This document shows positions 1 to 9,460 of a DNA stretch of 64,000 nucleotides, piece by piece; the first letter of the stretch is position 1; each line of letters begins with the position of its first letter. The notes below the pieces were generated by a model. The model did not search any database and was not told the origin of the DNA. It saw only the letters and a list, made by a program, of their open reading frames with translations. Origin of the DNA: Acidimicrobiales bacterium (GTDB lineage: Bacteria; Actinomycetota; Acidimicrobiia; Acidimicrobiales; Bin134); the NCBI GenBank assembly GCA_965231915.1, contig OZ246892.1:1092514-1156513 (forward strand). The letters are read 5' to 3'. Both the position numbers and the translations under genes were made by a program.

Positions 1-2
1 AC

Positions 3-590
3 GTGGTCCGACGGGAGGTGGCCTTTTACATGCTGGCCGGGATGCACTCCACGGGGGCAGCCACCACCCACGCCGTGCACGGCGCATTCGGATGGTTCGA
101 CGACCATCCCGAGGATAGGAATCGCATGGTTGAGGATTCCGTGTTCCTCCAGGAGTGCGTCCACGAGTCCATGCGCCTGCATCCGGCCAGTCCGGTGGCC
201 CGCCGGGAGGCAGTAGAGCCGGTCACGCTGCGCGACGGCACCGAGATGGCGGTGGGCGACACCGTGGTGATGGACCTGTGGTCGGCCAATCGGGACGTCG
301 ATGTGTTCGGGGCCGACGCCGACAGCTTCAACCCGCTGCGCTCGATTCGAGAGGACGTGCCTCGGTGGGGCCACACCTTCGGCGGGGGGCGCCACGCCTG
401 CATAGGCATGGAGCTCGACGGCGGGGTGCCGGCCGACGAGAACACCGGGGCGCCCATCTTGTTGGGCACGGTGGCGCTGATTCTCCGGGGCCTACTGGTC
501 CGCGGTGCCGAACGCGACCCCGACAATCCCCCTCAGCAAGATCCCAACATCGCCCGGGTCTGGTGGGGTGAGTACCCCGTGGTGTTCTGA
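3..590 (+). CDS. cytochrome P450, C-terminal portion (5' end outside window)
   Basis: ESMRLHP (ExxR, helix K) and FGGGRHACIGMEL (FxxGxxxCxG heme-thiolate loop); ORF open to window edge. Confidence 0.85.
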   Translation: MVRREVAFYMLAGMHSTGAATTHAVHGAFGWFDDHPEDRNRMVEDSVFLQECVHESMRLHPASPVARREAVEPVTLRDGTEMAVGDTVVMDLWSANRDVDVFGADADSFNPLRSIREDVPRWGHTFGGGRHACIGMELDGGVPADENTGAPILLGTVALILRGLLVRGAERDPDNPPQQDPNIARVWWGEYPVVF

Positions 591-604
591 TCGGCAGATC
601 ACTG

Positions 605-1024
605 ATGGACGGGCCGACTGACGAGGTTGAGGACCGGAGCCTTCGCCCGCTGACCGGGGAATTCTGGGCCGCGGTCGACCGGGGGGATTTGGTCCGCCCG
701 GTGTGCGGGGATTGCGGCCACAACTTCTTCGTCCCCCAGTTCGCCTGCCCGCAATGTCAGAGCACCAACTGGACCTATGAGCCCAGCAGCGGGAGGGGAC
801 GGGTGTACAGCCACACCACCGTCCACCGGCCGCCGACCCCGGCGTTTGACGCCCCCTATGTGCTGGCCGACGTGGATGTGGACGAAGACTGGCACATGCT
901 CACCTGGATCGTGGACTGCGAGCCCGATCACGTGGCCATCGACATGGCGGTCACCGTGCGATTCGTGACCGGCCCCGACGGCCACCGGCTTCCCGCCTTC
1001 GCCCCCGACGAGACGGCCCGATGA
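605..1024 (+). CDS. DUF35-type Zn-ribbon/OB-fold protein (thiolase/acyl-CoA partner)
   Basis: CGDCGHNFFVPQFACPQC rubredoxin-like Zn ribbon followed by OB-fold-length C-terminus; ATGA-coupled to the next gene. Confidence 0.75.
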   Translation: MDGPTDEVEDRSLRPLTGEFWAAVDRGDLVRPVCGDCGHNFFVPQFACPQCQSTNWTYEPSSGRGRVYSHTTVHRPPTPAFDAPYVLADVDVDEDWHMLTWIVDCEPDHVAIDMAVTVRFVTGPDGHRLPAFAPDETAR

Positions 1025-2547
1025 ACGTCGGGCTGGCCTTTGCCCGCAACGCGGCCCGTCATCCTGGCGATCCCGCCATTTTCGGCGAGCGGGAGCTGAC
1101 CAACCGCCAGCTCGACGAGCGGACCAACCGCATTGCCAACGCCCTGCTGGGTGCTCATGGCTTGGGCAAGGGCGACCGGGTGGCGCTGCTGGTGGCCAAC
1201 CGCCCCGAGGTGGTGGAGGTCATGGGCGGCATCACCAAGGCCGGCGGCTGCTATGTGGGGCTCAACTTCCGGCTCGGCCCGGTGGAGCTGGAGCAGGTGT
1301 TCGACAACGCCGACCCAACCCTCGCCATCACCGACGCCGAGCACCGCGACCAGCTCGACGGTTTCGACCTTCCGGTGATCGACATCGACCGCGACCTCGA
1401 CGCCCTGGCCGATGCCGCCTCGGCCACACCCCCCGACACCCTGCATGAAGTGCGACCCGACGACGACTTCTGCATCGTCTACACCAGCGGCACCACCGGG
1501 CGGCCCAAGGGGGTTCACTTCGACCACGCCCGGGTGCTCCAGCACGCCACCGTGGCCTGCCTGGAATACGAGATCGACCGCCACAGCCGGTACCTCATCC
1601 AGATTCCCCACAATTCCAGCGTGAACATCACCATCCTTCCATGCCTGCTCATCGGCGCGGCCCAGGGGTTTGTGGACAGCCGCAATTTCGATCCCGTGCG
1701 CTACGCCCGCCTGGTGGAGGACCACGGGGTGAGCCACTCGTTTCTGGTGCCCACCCAGCTCATGCGCCTGCTCGACCGTCTCGAACGGGCCGACGACTAC
1801 AAGCTGGGTTCGCTGCGCACGCTGGGCTATGGCTCGTCGCCCATATCCCCCGACCGCCTGGCCGAGTTGGTGGAGCGATTCGGCCCGGTGTTCAACCAGC
1901 TCTACGGCATGGCCGAGATCGCCTCTATCGGCACCATCCTGCGCAAAGAGGATCATGTGCGGGGCTTGGAGGAGCGGCCTGAGCTGCTGTCGTCGTGCGG
2001 GCAACCGTCGTACGCGGTTGACGTGAGGGTGGTAGACCCAGACGGCCAAGACGTGGCCGTGGCCGAGCGGGGCGAGGTCATCTTCGGCGGCCCCCACGTG
2101 ATGAAGGGCTACTTCCGGGATCCGGAGCGCACCGCCGAGTCGCTGCGGGACGGGTGGATGCACAGCGGAGATGTGGCCGAGGTCGACGAGCAGGGTTTTA
2201 TCTACATCGTCGACCGCATGAAGAACCTCATCATCCGGGGCGGGCTGAACATCGCCCCCACCGAGATCGAGAACGTTCTCTATCGCCATCCCGCAGTGCT
2301 GGAGGCATCGGTGATCGGCGTGCGCGACCCCGAGTGGGGCGAGGCCATCGTGGCCGTGGTGGCCCTCAAGCAGGGGGCAGCGGCCGACGATCAGCAGCTG
2401 CGGCTGTGGTGCCGCCAATCGGAGCTCACCTCCATCAAGATCCCCGAGCGAGTGGAGTTCGCCGACTCGCTGCCCAAGAACGCGGTGGGCAAGATCGCCA
2501 AGGAAGAACTGCGCTCCCGCTACTGGGGTGAGGGCAGGAAGGTATGA
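1021..2547 (+). CDS. AMP-dependent acyl-CoA synthetase/ligase
   Basis: YTSGTTGRPKGV AMP-binding motif, GYGSSP, GDVAEVDEQGFIYIVDRMKNLI, C-terminal GKIAK. Confidence 0.9.
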   Translation: MNVGLAFARNAARHPGDPAIFGERELTNRQLDERTNRIANALLGAHGLGKGDRVALLVANRPEVVEVMGGITKAGGCYVGLNFRLGPVELEQVFDNADPTLAITDAEHRDQLDGFDLPVIDIDRDLDALADAASATPPDTLHEVRPDDDFCIVYTSGTTGRPKGVHFDHARVLQHATVACLEYEIDRHSRYLIQIPHNSSVNITILPCLLIGAAQGFVDSRNFDPVRYARLVEDHGVSHSFLVPTQLMRLLDRLERADDYKLGSLRTLGYGSSPISPDRLAELVERFGPVFNQLYGMAEIASIGTILRKEDHVRGLEERPELLSSCGQPSYAVDVRVVDPDGQDVAVAERGEVIFGGPHVMKGYFRDPERTAESLRDGWMHSGDVAEVDEQGFIYIVDRMKNLIIRGGLNIAPTEIENVLYRHPAVLEASVIGVRDPEWGEAIVAVVALKQGAAADDQQLRLWCRQSELTSIKIPERVEFADSLPKNAVGKIAKEELRSRYWGEGRKV

Positions 2548-3710
2548 GCGGCGCCCATCCGCTGCGCCGGGTGGCCATTGCCGGAGTGGCCGCCACCGAG
2601 ATGGCCCGCCAGCTCGACACCACCTCAGCAGAGATCTCCCTTCGGGCCGCACGGGCCGCGCTCGACGACGCGGGGCTGACGGTGGCCGATGTTGACGGGG
2701 TGGCCGCTCGCTGGCCGGGACCGGGAGGCACCGTGTTCCAGCCCGGTTCTGCCGATTGGGCCGAGGTGTTCGGCCAACCGCTGCGATGGGTGTGCGACAC
2801 CTATCCCCAAGGTGTTCCCGGTGCCCTGGATGCAGCCGCCGCCATCGCCGCCGGGCTGTGCGAGACAGCGGTGGTGTTCGGCGGCCAGGCCGGAGTCATG
2901 GGCGGGGCCAACGTGGCCGACTACACCCGGCCCGACAATGAGTTCATTGCCTGCTGGGGATCGCTCACCGCGGCCCAATTCGCCCTGGTGGCCCAAGTGT
3001 ACCGCCACCGCTTCACCCCCGACCCTGAACGTGTGGCGGCCATTGCTGCCGCTATCCGCAACGCGGGCTCGGCCAATCCCGCTGCGGTGATGACCGTCCG
3101 GGGTCCCTACACCGCGGCTGATGTGCTGGCTTCCCCGATGGTGGCCGAGCCGTTCCGGCTGTTGGATCTGTGCCTGGCCACCGAGGGCGCCGCAGCCATG
3201 GTGATCACCACCGTCGAGCGGGCTCGGGATCTGCCCCAGCCGCCGGTGGCCATCTTGGGCGGAGGATCGGAATGGCATCGCCAGCAATACGTGAACCCGC
3301 CCCGCTATGACGAGGTGTGGAGCCTGGGGGCTGACGCCGCTCTGCGGGCGTTCGAGCTAGCTGAACTCGGACCCCACGATGTGGATGTGTTCGAGCTCTA
3401 CGACATCAACACCTACGAGGTGGTGCGCCAATTCGAGATGCTGGGCCTGTGCGCCGAGGGCGAAGGGTCCGACTACCTGGCCGATGCGGGCATCGGTATG
3501 GACGGCCGCCACCCGCTCAACACCGACGGCGGTCTGCTCAGCTACAGCCACATCGGTTGGGGCGGCCCCACCCTCAAGATCGTCGAGGCTGTTCGGCAGC
3601 TGCGAGGCACCGCCGGCCCCGGCCAAGTCCCCGACGCCGAAGTCGCCCTGGTAACCGGCGCCGGCTCCGGCGCCCAGTACCACAACGTGATGGTCTTGGG
3701 TCGGAGCTAG
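2544..3710 (+). CDS. thiolase-like / SCP-x-type lipid-transfer protein
   Basis: Thiolase-fold length and C-terminal NTDGGLLSYSHIGWGG / VTGAGSGAQ; ATGA overlap with the ligase; typical DUF35+thiolase pairing. Confidence 0.75.
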   Translation: MSGAHPLRRVAIAGVAATEMARQLDTTSAEISLRAARAALDDAGLTVADVDGVAARWPGPGGTVFQPGSADWAEVFGQPLRWVCDTYPQGVPGALDAAAAIAAGLCETAVVFGGQAGVMGGANVADYTRPDNEFIACWGSLTAAQFALVAQVYRHRFTPDPERVAAIAAAIRNAGSANPAAVMTVRGPYTAADVLASPMVAEPFRLLDLCLATEGAAAMVITTVERARDLPQPPVAILGGGSEWHRQQYVNPPRYDEVWSLGADAALRAFELAELGPHDVDVFELYDINTYEVVRQFEMLGLCAEGEGSDYLADAGIGMDGRHPLNTDGGLLSYSHIGWGGPTLKIVEAVRQLRGTAGPGQVPDAEVALVTGAGSGAQYHNVMVLGRS

Positions 3711-4601
3711 CTACCCGGCTGCCCAACCCAGCTCAGCCTTCATGGCCTGCTCTCCCCGACGGCCAATGGTGAGGAGTCGGTGGTCGTTGGAGCGGCCGTC
3801 CAACCAGGCCCGAATGGCCCGCATCGACGCGGTGAAGGAGCGGATCCGCTCGAAGCGGGTGGCATAGGCCAGCCGCTCTTGGTCGATCGGGTGACCGTAG
3901 TCAGCTGAGTCCTCCACAGTGCACCAGCCGGAGAAACGATGGGTGAAGGCCACATCGCACATGGGGTCGCCGGCCCAGGCCCGCTCCCAGTCCAAGATGC
4001 CGCCCAGCTCCCCGGGCCCCGTCCAGCTCATGTTGGCGAACCGGTAGTCGCCGTGGCACCAAACCGCGGGCTCGTCGCAGTCGGGCCGGTGGGCTCGCAG
4101 CCATCTCAGGGCAGCCTCGAATTCTGGGTGGCGGTCAGGGGCGGCCCGTCGGTAGACGGCCTCAGTTCGGTCGAGCTCGGTGTCGTAGGCCTCGGCCACC
4201 GACATTGGGGCTTCCAGGCGGTGCATCTGACCCAACGCCTGAGCCGCGGCAGTGTTGTACTCCGAACGATGCTCGGTCACGTCTGTGAGCCGCAGCACCC
4301 GCCCCGGCACCCGGGTGTGGACGCCGAACGGCCGCCCGATGGGGTTGTCGGCCTCCGCCTGCACGGCTAGCACCCGGGGAGCGGGCACAACCCCCTCCAC
4401 CCGCCGCAGGTTGGCCGCCTCAGCCTGGGGGTCGTAGGGGTCCAGCGATCCGCCCAGAGGCGCCACCCGCACGATCACGTCGTCCACCCCTAGCGTCACC
4501 CAGGAAAATCCCCGGTCCAAGCGCTCTACTCGGGGCAGGGCGCCTACTCCATCGAACAATTCAGTTACCGCTCGTCCCACCGCGGCGGGCGACAAGTCCA
4601 C
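3711..4601 (-). CDS. APH/choline-kinase-family phosphotransferase
   Basis: WCHGDYRFANM catalytic loop and ILDWERAWAGDP (DxD-type Mg site). Confidence 0.75.
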   Translation of the reverse strand: MDLSPAAVGRAVTELFDGVGALPRVERLDRGFSWVTLGVDDVIVRVAPLGGSLDPYDPQAEAANLRRVEGVVPAPRVLAVQAEADNPIGRPFGVHTRVPGRVLRLTDVTEHRSEYNTAAAQALGQMHRLEAPMSVAEAYDTELDRTEAVYRRAAPDRHPEFEAALRWLRAHRPDCDEPAVWCHGDYRFANMSWTGPGELGGILDWERAWAGDPMCDVAFTHRFSGWCTVEDSADYGHPIDQERLAYATRFERIRSFTASMRAIRAWLDGRSNDHRLLTIGRRGEQAMKAELGWAAG

Positions 4602-4703
4602 CAGTGGAGCGTACCGGGCTAATCGACCGCCAAGGGTCGCCCAACCGTTGGGCTAGCTCTGGTGCCCGATAACGTCGCCTGAAGTGTTGGTTGGGGGAAA
4701 CGC

Positions 4704-5888
4704 GTGAACACTCGGTCGGCAGCTGGCCGGGGTCCGGCGGTGGTTGCGGCCAGCATGCTGGCACTGGGCGTCGGCTCCAGTCTGGGCTTCTTCCCCGGAT
4801 ATTTCGTCGCCGCGGTGCGCGAAGACCTCGGGATATCCCGCGCCCAGGTCGGGCTGTTGGTGAGCCTGCACTTTGGCTGCACCGGCTTGGGTTCGATCAT
4901 TGGGGCCCGGATCACCGAGAAGATCGGAACCCGTGCCGCGGTGGTTGCCGATCAATTGATCGTGGCGGTGGCCGCATGGTCGGCCGCCCTCCTCGACAGC
5001 TACCCCGCCTTGATCGGGGCCGCGGTATTTGCCGGTTTCGGCTACTCCCTGACCAACGCGGCCACCAACGAAGCGGTGGCCGCCGCTGTGCCAGAAAGCC
5101 GTCGCACGCTGGCATTGTCGGCCAAGACGTCCGGGGTGCCGACAATGGCGCTGATAAGCGCAGTCTTGGTGCCCTGGGCTTCCGACCGCTGGAGTTGGAA
5201 CCTCATCTTGATGATTGCCGGGACCATTGCGGCAGTCAGTGCGCTCAATGCAGCTGCGGTCATACCCGACATCCGCTCCTCCCGAACACGGGCGCAGCGC
5301 CAAGAATCGGTCCTTCCCCGTGGGTTCTGGTGGTTCGCGGTGTCTGCTTTCTTCTTGGTCGGCTCCTCGCAGCCGCTGTTTTCTTGGGCAGTGCCGTATT
5401 TTGACGAAGGGCTGGGCACCTCCAAACCAGTGGCGGGCGCTATCGCCGGAATAGCCGCTGGACTGGGAGCGGTCTGCATGTCGCTGACCGCGTTGCGGGC
5501 CGACTATCTCGGTCGAACCAAGCGGGTGCCGCTCATTGTCGGGCTGTGCGTGGTGTTGACCGCGTCGATTCTCGTGACCATGAGCGGTCTGACGTTTGGC
5601 CTGGCTGTGGCCACCATCGGTCTGTTCGCCGGCTTTATCGTCCAGCTGGCCGCCATCGGCATCATGCACGCCGCGGTGGTCGATCGGGCCCCGCAAGCCG
5701 TGGCCCGGGCCACCGGCGTCACCATGACCGGCTACTACATGGGTGCGCTGGCCACCCCGGTGAGCTTCGGCGCGCTGGTGGACTGGCTCGGCACCTACAC
5801 CTGGGCCTGGTTGGTCATGGCCCTAGGCAGCGCCGCCGCGGCCGCCTGCTTCGCCCGCGCCAACCGGGTCGGTGAGATGCGGTCTTGA
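4704..5888 (+). CDS. MFS transporter
   Basis: ~12 predicted hydrophobic spans, GTG start, 394 aa, loop motif GARITEKIGTR. Confidence 0.7.
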   Translation: MNTRSAAGRGPAVVAASMLALGVGSSLGFFPGYFVAAVREDLGISRAQVGLLVSLHFGCTGLGSIIGARITEKIGTRAAVVADQLIVAVAAWSAALLDSYPALIGAAVFAGFGYSLTNAATNEAVAAAVPESRRTLALSAKTSGVPTMALISAVLVPWASDRWSWNLILMIAGTIAAVSALNAAAVIPDIRSSRTRAQRQESVLPRGFWWFAVSAFFLVGSSQPLFSWAVPYFDEGLGTSKPVAGAIAGIAAGLGAVCMSLTALRADYLGRTKRVPLIVGLCVVLTASILVTMSGLTFGLAVATIGLFAGFIVQLAAIGIMHAAVVDRAPQAVARATGVTMTGYYMGALATPVSFGALVDWLGTYTWAWLVMALGSAAAAACFARANRVGEMRS

Positions 5889-5931
5889 CCAGAGATGACC
5901 CGACGACCAAGCTCGCTGACGGGTTTATGCC

Positions 5932-7746
5932 ATGAGCTACGAGCATGTGTTGGCGCCGATTGAGATCAATGGGCTGGAGATCAAGAACCGGGTGGTGCGC
6001 ACTGCCCATGGCACCAACATCGGCCAGGGGCGGATCACCGACGAGCTGATCGCCTACCACGAGGCTCGGGCTGCCGGTGGCTGCGGGTTGACCATCTTGG
6101 AGGCCGCGTCGGTTCATCCCACCGACATGGGCACGCTGTGGCTACACGAGGCTTCGGTGGTCGACGACTACCGCCGGCTGATGGATCGGTTGGCCCCCTA
6201 CGACATGGCGGTATTCCAGCAGCTCGGTCATCTGGGCTATGAAGGAGTGACCGCCGATGGCGGGCCCCCGTGGTCAGCGTCGGAGGTGGCCGGCCCCAGC
6301 GTCCGCCGCCCGGCCAAGGCCATGGCTCAAGACGACATTGATGAGCTGATCGATGCCTTTGCCCAGGCCGCCCGGTGGTGCGTCGAAGGCGACCTCAGTG
6401 GCGTAGAGGTGCACATCGCCCATGGTTACCTGCTCCAGCAGTTCATGTCGCCGGCCACCAACCAGCGCACCGACCACTACGGCGGCTCGTGGGAGAACCG
6501 CATCCGGCTGGCCCGCGAGATCGTTGGCGGGGTGCGAGAGGCCATCGGCTCTGATGTCGTGTTGGGGGTGCGGGTCGGATCAGAAGCAGTGGGCGACGGG
6601 GGAGTGACCGAGCACGATTGTGCCGAACTGGTGAAGGTGCTGGCCGACGACGGCCTCATCGACTACGTGAACCTCACCTACGGCAGCTGCCTGCGGCCGC
6701 ACAAGATCATGGGCGGGATGCACGAGCCTCCTGGCTATGAGCTGGAGGCGGCCGCTCCCGTGGTGGACGCCGTCGATCTCCCCGCCATCGTGACCGGCCG
6801 GTTCCGCACTCTGTCCGAGGCCGACGTTCTCATTGCCGACGGAGTGGCCGACATGGTGGGCCTCACCCGGGCCCATATCGCCGATCCCGAGTTAGTGATC
6901 AAGAGCATCGAGGGCCGTGAGGCCGGGGTCCGCCCCTGCATCGCTGGCAATGACGGCTGCGTCGGTGGCCTCAACCGGGGCCGCTTGTCGTGCGCGGTCA
7001 ATCCGGCGGTGGGCAACGAACTGGACCTGCCCCCGCTCCAGCCCAGCGCCCAGCCCCGGCGGGTGGTGGTGGTTGGAGGCGGCCCTGGCGGCATGGAGGC
7101 GGCCCGCTTGGCCGCCATTCAGGGTCACGATGTGGTGCTGTTCGAGGCCCAGCCCCGCTTGGGAGGCGCAGTGAGGGAAGCCCAGCAGTTGCCCACTCGG
7201 GGGTTGCTGGGTGACATTTGCGACTGGCAGGAGCGGGAGCTCACCCGGCTCGGAGTGGATATTCGCCTCGGCCTGCTGGCCAATGCTGAGGCAATCGTGT
7301 CCGTCCAGCCCGACGTTGTCATTGTGGCCACCGGAGCCACCGGCGCCGAGATCCCCGACACCAGCGCGCTGCCCGAGGGGGCCACCGCCGTGGTCGACGA
7401 CCGCTTTGGCGGATATGAGGCTCTTGGCCTAGCCGAGTGGCTGGCCACCCAAGGACTAGCGGTGACCGTGACCACCCCCGGCCGCCGGGTAGCCGCCAAT
7501 GCCCTTCTCGATTTGGTGGTCCAGCCCGCTCTGGAGCGTTTGCAGGTCCTCGATGTTCAGATCGAGACCAGGGTGGACACGCCTCCCCAAGCCGATCTAA
7601 TCCTCCCAGTGGCCAAGAACCCCTACGATCCGCTGTCCGCCGACCTAATTGCCGCCGGACTCGCCGTTCAAGTCATTGGCGACGCCCGAGAGCCCGGCCG
7701 CGTCCTCACCGCCATCGCCGACGCCCATGGGATTGACTTCGGCTAG
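5932..7746 (+). CDS. Old-yellow-enzyme/2,4-dienoyl-CoA-reductase-like flavoprotein (OYE TIM barrel + FAD/NAD(P) domain)
   Basis: N-terminal IKNRVVRTAHGTN, HIAHGYLLQQFMSP, RTDHYGGS; C-terminal Rossmann VVVVGGGPGGMEAA. Confidence 0.85.
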   Translation: MSYEHVLAPIEINGLEIKNRVVRTAHGTNIGQGRITDELIAYHEARAAGGCGLTILEAASVHPTDMGTLWLHEASVVDDYRRLMDRLAPYDMAVFQQLGHLGYEGVTADGGPPWSASEVAGPSVRRPAKAMAQDDIDELIDAFAQAARWCVEGDLSGVEVHIAHGYLLQQFMSPATNQRTDHYGGSWENRIRLAREIVGGVREAIGSDVVLGVRVGSEAVGDGGVTEHDCAELVKVLADDGLIDYVNLTYGSCLRPHKIMGGMHEPPGYELEAAAPVVDAVDLPAIVTGRFRTLSEADVLIADGVADMVGLTRAHIADPELVIKSIEGREAGVRPCIAGNDGCVGGLNRGRLSCAVNPAVGNELDLPPLQPSAQPRRVVVVGGGPGGMEAARLAAIQGHDVVLFEAQPRLGGAVREAQQLPTRGLLGDICDWQERELTRLGVDIRLGLLANAEAIVSVQPDVVIVATGATGAEIPDTSALPEGATAVVDDRFGGYEALGLAEWLATQGLAVTVTTPGRRVAANALLDLVVQPALERLQVLDVQIETRVDTPPQADLILPVAKNPYDPLSADLIAAGLAVQVIGDAREPGRVLTAIADAHGIDFG

Positions 7747-7751
7747 AGCCC

Positions 7752-9089
7752 CTACTGGAAGGAGACGAACACCGGGTTGGGGGCCAGTTCTATTACTTGC
7801 TGCGGAGTGGCCATAGGGGCGTCTTCGTCGTAGAAGTTCTTCCAGCCCCAATGGAACTGATCGGCGTCGGGTTGGCCGGTCAAGGCGTTCCAAGTGCCGT
7901 ACTTGACATTCAGAGGACCTTGTCCGTCCATGTGGATCAGCACCGCCAGCTCAGGGGGCGTGTCGATGAGTTCGCGGTTGGTGATCATGGAGTGGCGGAA
8001 TTGGTGGAGCACCAGCAGCTTCTGGGGGAGGGCGTTTTCGCGCACCAAGCCGGCCAACCACTCCACGACCTGGTTGATCTCAGCCGCGTCCACCGTGCCG
8101 ATCTGCTGTAGATGCACCTGGTGTGGCTTGAGCCTCCACTCGGGATCGAGGGCCAGCCCGACGTGGGGAAGCAGCAGGAACTCCTCGTACATCATCGCCT
8201 GCGTCAAAAAGTCGGTTCTGCCCGGCTGGAGGTCCAGCACTACGTACATGTCGTTGGCGGCCGCGGTCTCGATCCAGGGCCGGATTACATCCCGTAGCGT
8301 CCCAGTCGAATAATCCCCATCCGAACCGGCACTGGCTGAGGCAACGGTGGCGATGATCTCGAAGGTGGGGAGCACCACTGCACCGTCTGCCTCGTAGCCC
8401 TGGGCGATGGATCGAAGCCGTTCGACACCCTCATCGTGGCCCTGTTCTCCCAGCACCCCAAGGCTCGATGCCGCCGGGTGGCCGTACATGGCCACCAAGC
8501 GGCGATCGAAGCCTTCATCGAACATGAGCAGGCCACCCCCGGGGATCTCGTGGCCTCGGCGGATTACCTCCAATTGCCAGAGCGCATCCTCGTCGAGGCC
8601 CGTGGCCAATTCCACCGTGGGGGCGTTGAAGATCTTGTCCTTTGTCTGCTGGGGTAGGGCTCGGAGGTCTCCGGTGGCCACGATCACCGTGTCGCCGATT
8701 CGGTGGCCGTGAGCCGCCAGCGTTGCGGCCTGCTCGTCATCTGCCACCACCCACACGCGACCAGGCACCGCCGAAGGAGTCGGGGTCGGGGTCGCTACGG
8801 ACAGGTCGATTGCGGCGGGCCTGAGGCTGAGATCGGCCAGGGCGTCGCGGACGTCCGGGCGGTCTAGTCCGGCAGGTGCGAGCTCAATCCCGGACGCAGA
8901 GGAGGTGCCTCGCGTTGTCGCCGCTACACCGACAATGGACGAATTTGCACCGGGACTGCTCCCGAGTCCGTCTCCGACGGCGACGGCCGCGTCGGTGCTC
9001 GTCGATGCGCTGCCAACCGGCAAGCACGACGATGCGACCGCGGCCAGGGCAACAACACCAACGAACCGGGCTGCCCGACAGCCTGTCAT
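7752..9089 (-). CDS. secreted/lipoprotein of unknown function
   Basis: Signal peptide with lipobox-like VASSC when started at Met 9089 (ORF extends to 9164). Conserved-looking C-terminal half (LDPEWRLKP, VLHQFRHSMI, IHMDGQG). Family not recognised with confidence. Confidence 0.5.
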   Translation of the reverse strand: MTGCRAARFVGVVALAAVASSCLPVGSASTSTDAAVAVGDGLGSSPGANSSIVGVAATTRGTSSASGIELAPAGLDRPDVRDALADLSLRPAAIDLSVATPTPTPSAVPGRVWVVADDEQAATLAAHGHRIGDTVIVATGDLRALPQQTKDKIFNAPTVELATGLDEDALWQLEVIRRGHEIPGGGLLMFDEGFDRRLVAMYGHPAASSLGVLGEQGHDEGVERLRSIAQGYEADGAVVLPTFEIIATVASASAGSDGDYSTGTLRDVIRPWIETAAANDMYVVLDLQPGRTDFLTQAMMYEEFLLLPHVGLALDPEWRLKPHQVHLQQIGTVDAAEINQVVEWLAGLVRENALPQKLLVLHQFRHSMITNRELIDTPPELAVLIHMDGQGPLNVKYGTWNALTGQPDADQFHWGWKNFYDEDAPMATPQQVIELAPNPVFVSFQ

Positions 9090-9388
9090 GCGCCTGGATT
9101 TGGGGGCTCGTGCACTCCTTGGTTGGCCCAACCCGCCTGGATTGGGCCGAGGGCGATTTCGCACCTATGGCTCCTTCAGATTTCACCAGGCCTTGGCGCC
9201 GAATCGGCGCATAGCCCATCTTGAAATCCGCATGCCCTGGTCCGAACCCGAATTATCGGATAAACACCCCCTACAAAGCGGCAAGCCCAATGCTAGCGCA
9301 ACAACCCGTCTCTTTTAAGGTATATCGACATTTTCCGCATCGACGGAATCAATGCCGTGCGAGTTGTGCGTGCTCTTGGAGCAGGCGC

Positions 9389-9460
9389 CTACTGCTCGGC
9401 GGCGCCCAGGTAGGAGGTCTGGAGGTCGGGGTGGGCCAGCAGGTTCTCGGCGGTGTCGTC
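9389..9460 (-). pseudogene. orphan 3' end of a LivG/LivF-type ABC ATPase gene
   Basis: Translates DDTAENLLAHPDLQTSYLGAAEQ*, the stereotyped C-terminus of branched-chain amino acid ABC ATPases. Sits directly after, and in frame with, the TAG stop of the upstream oxidase gene. Confidence 0.4.

Noticed and set aside
928-2652. 574-aa ORF antisense to the acyl-CoA ligase and DUF35 genes
   Set aside because: It is a typical long antisense ORF of GC-rich DNA. Composition is Gly/Arg/His/Val-rich with no motifs, and the sense strand carries a motif-rich ligase.
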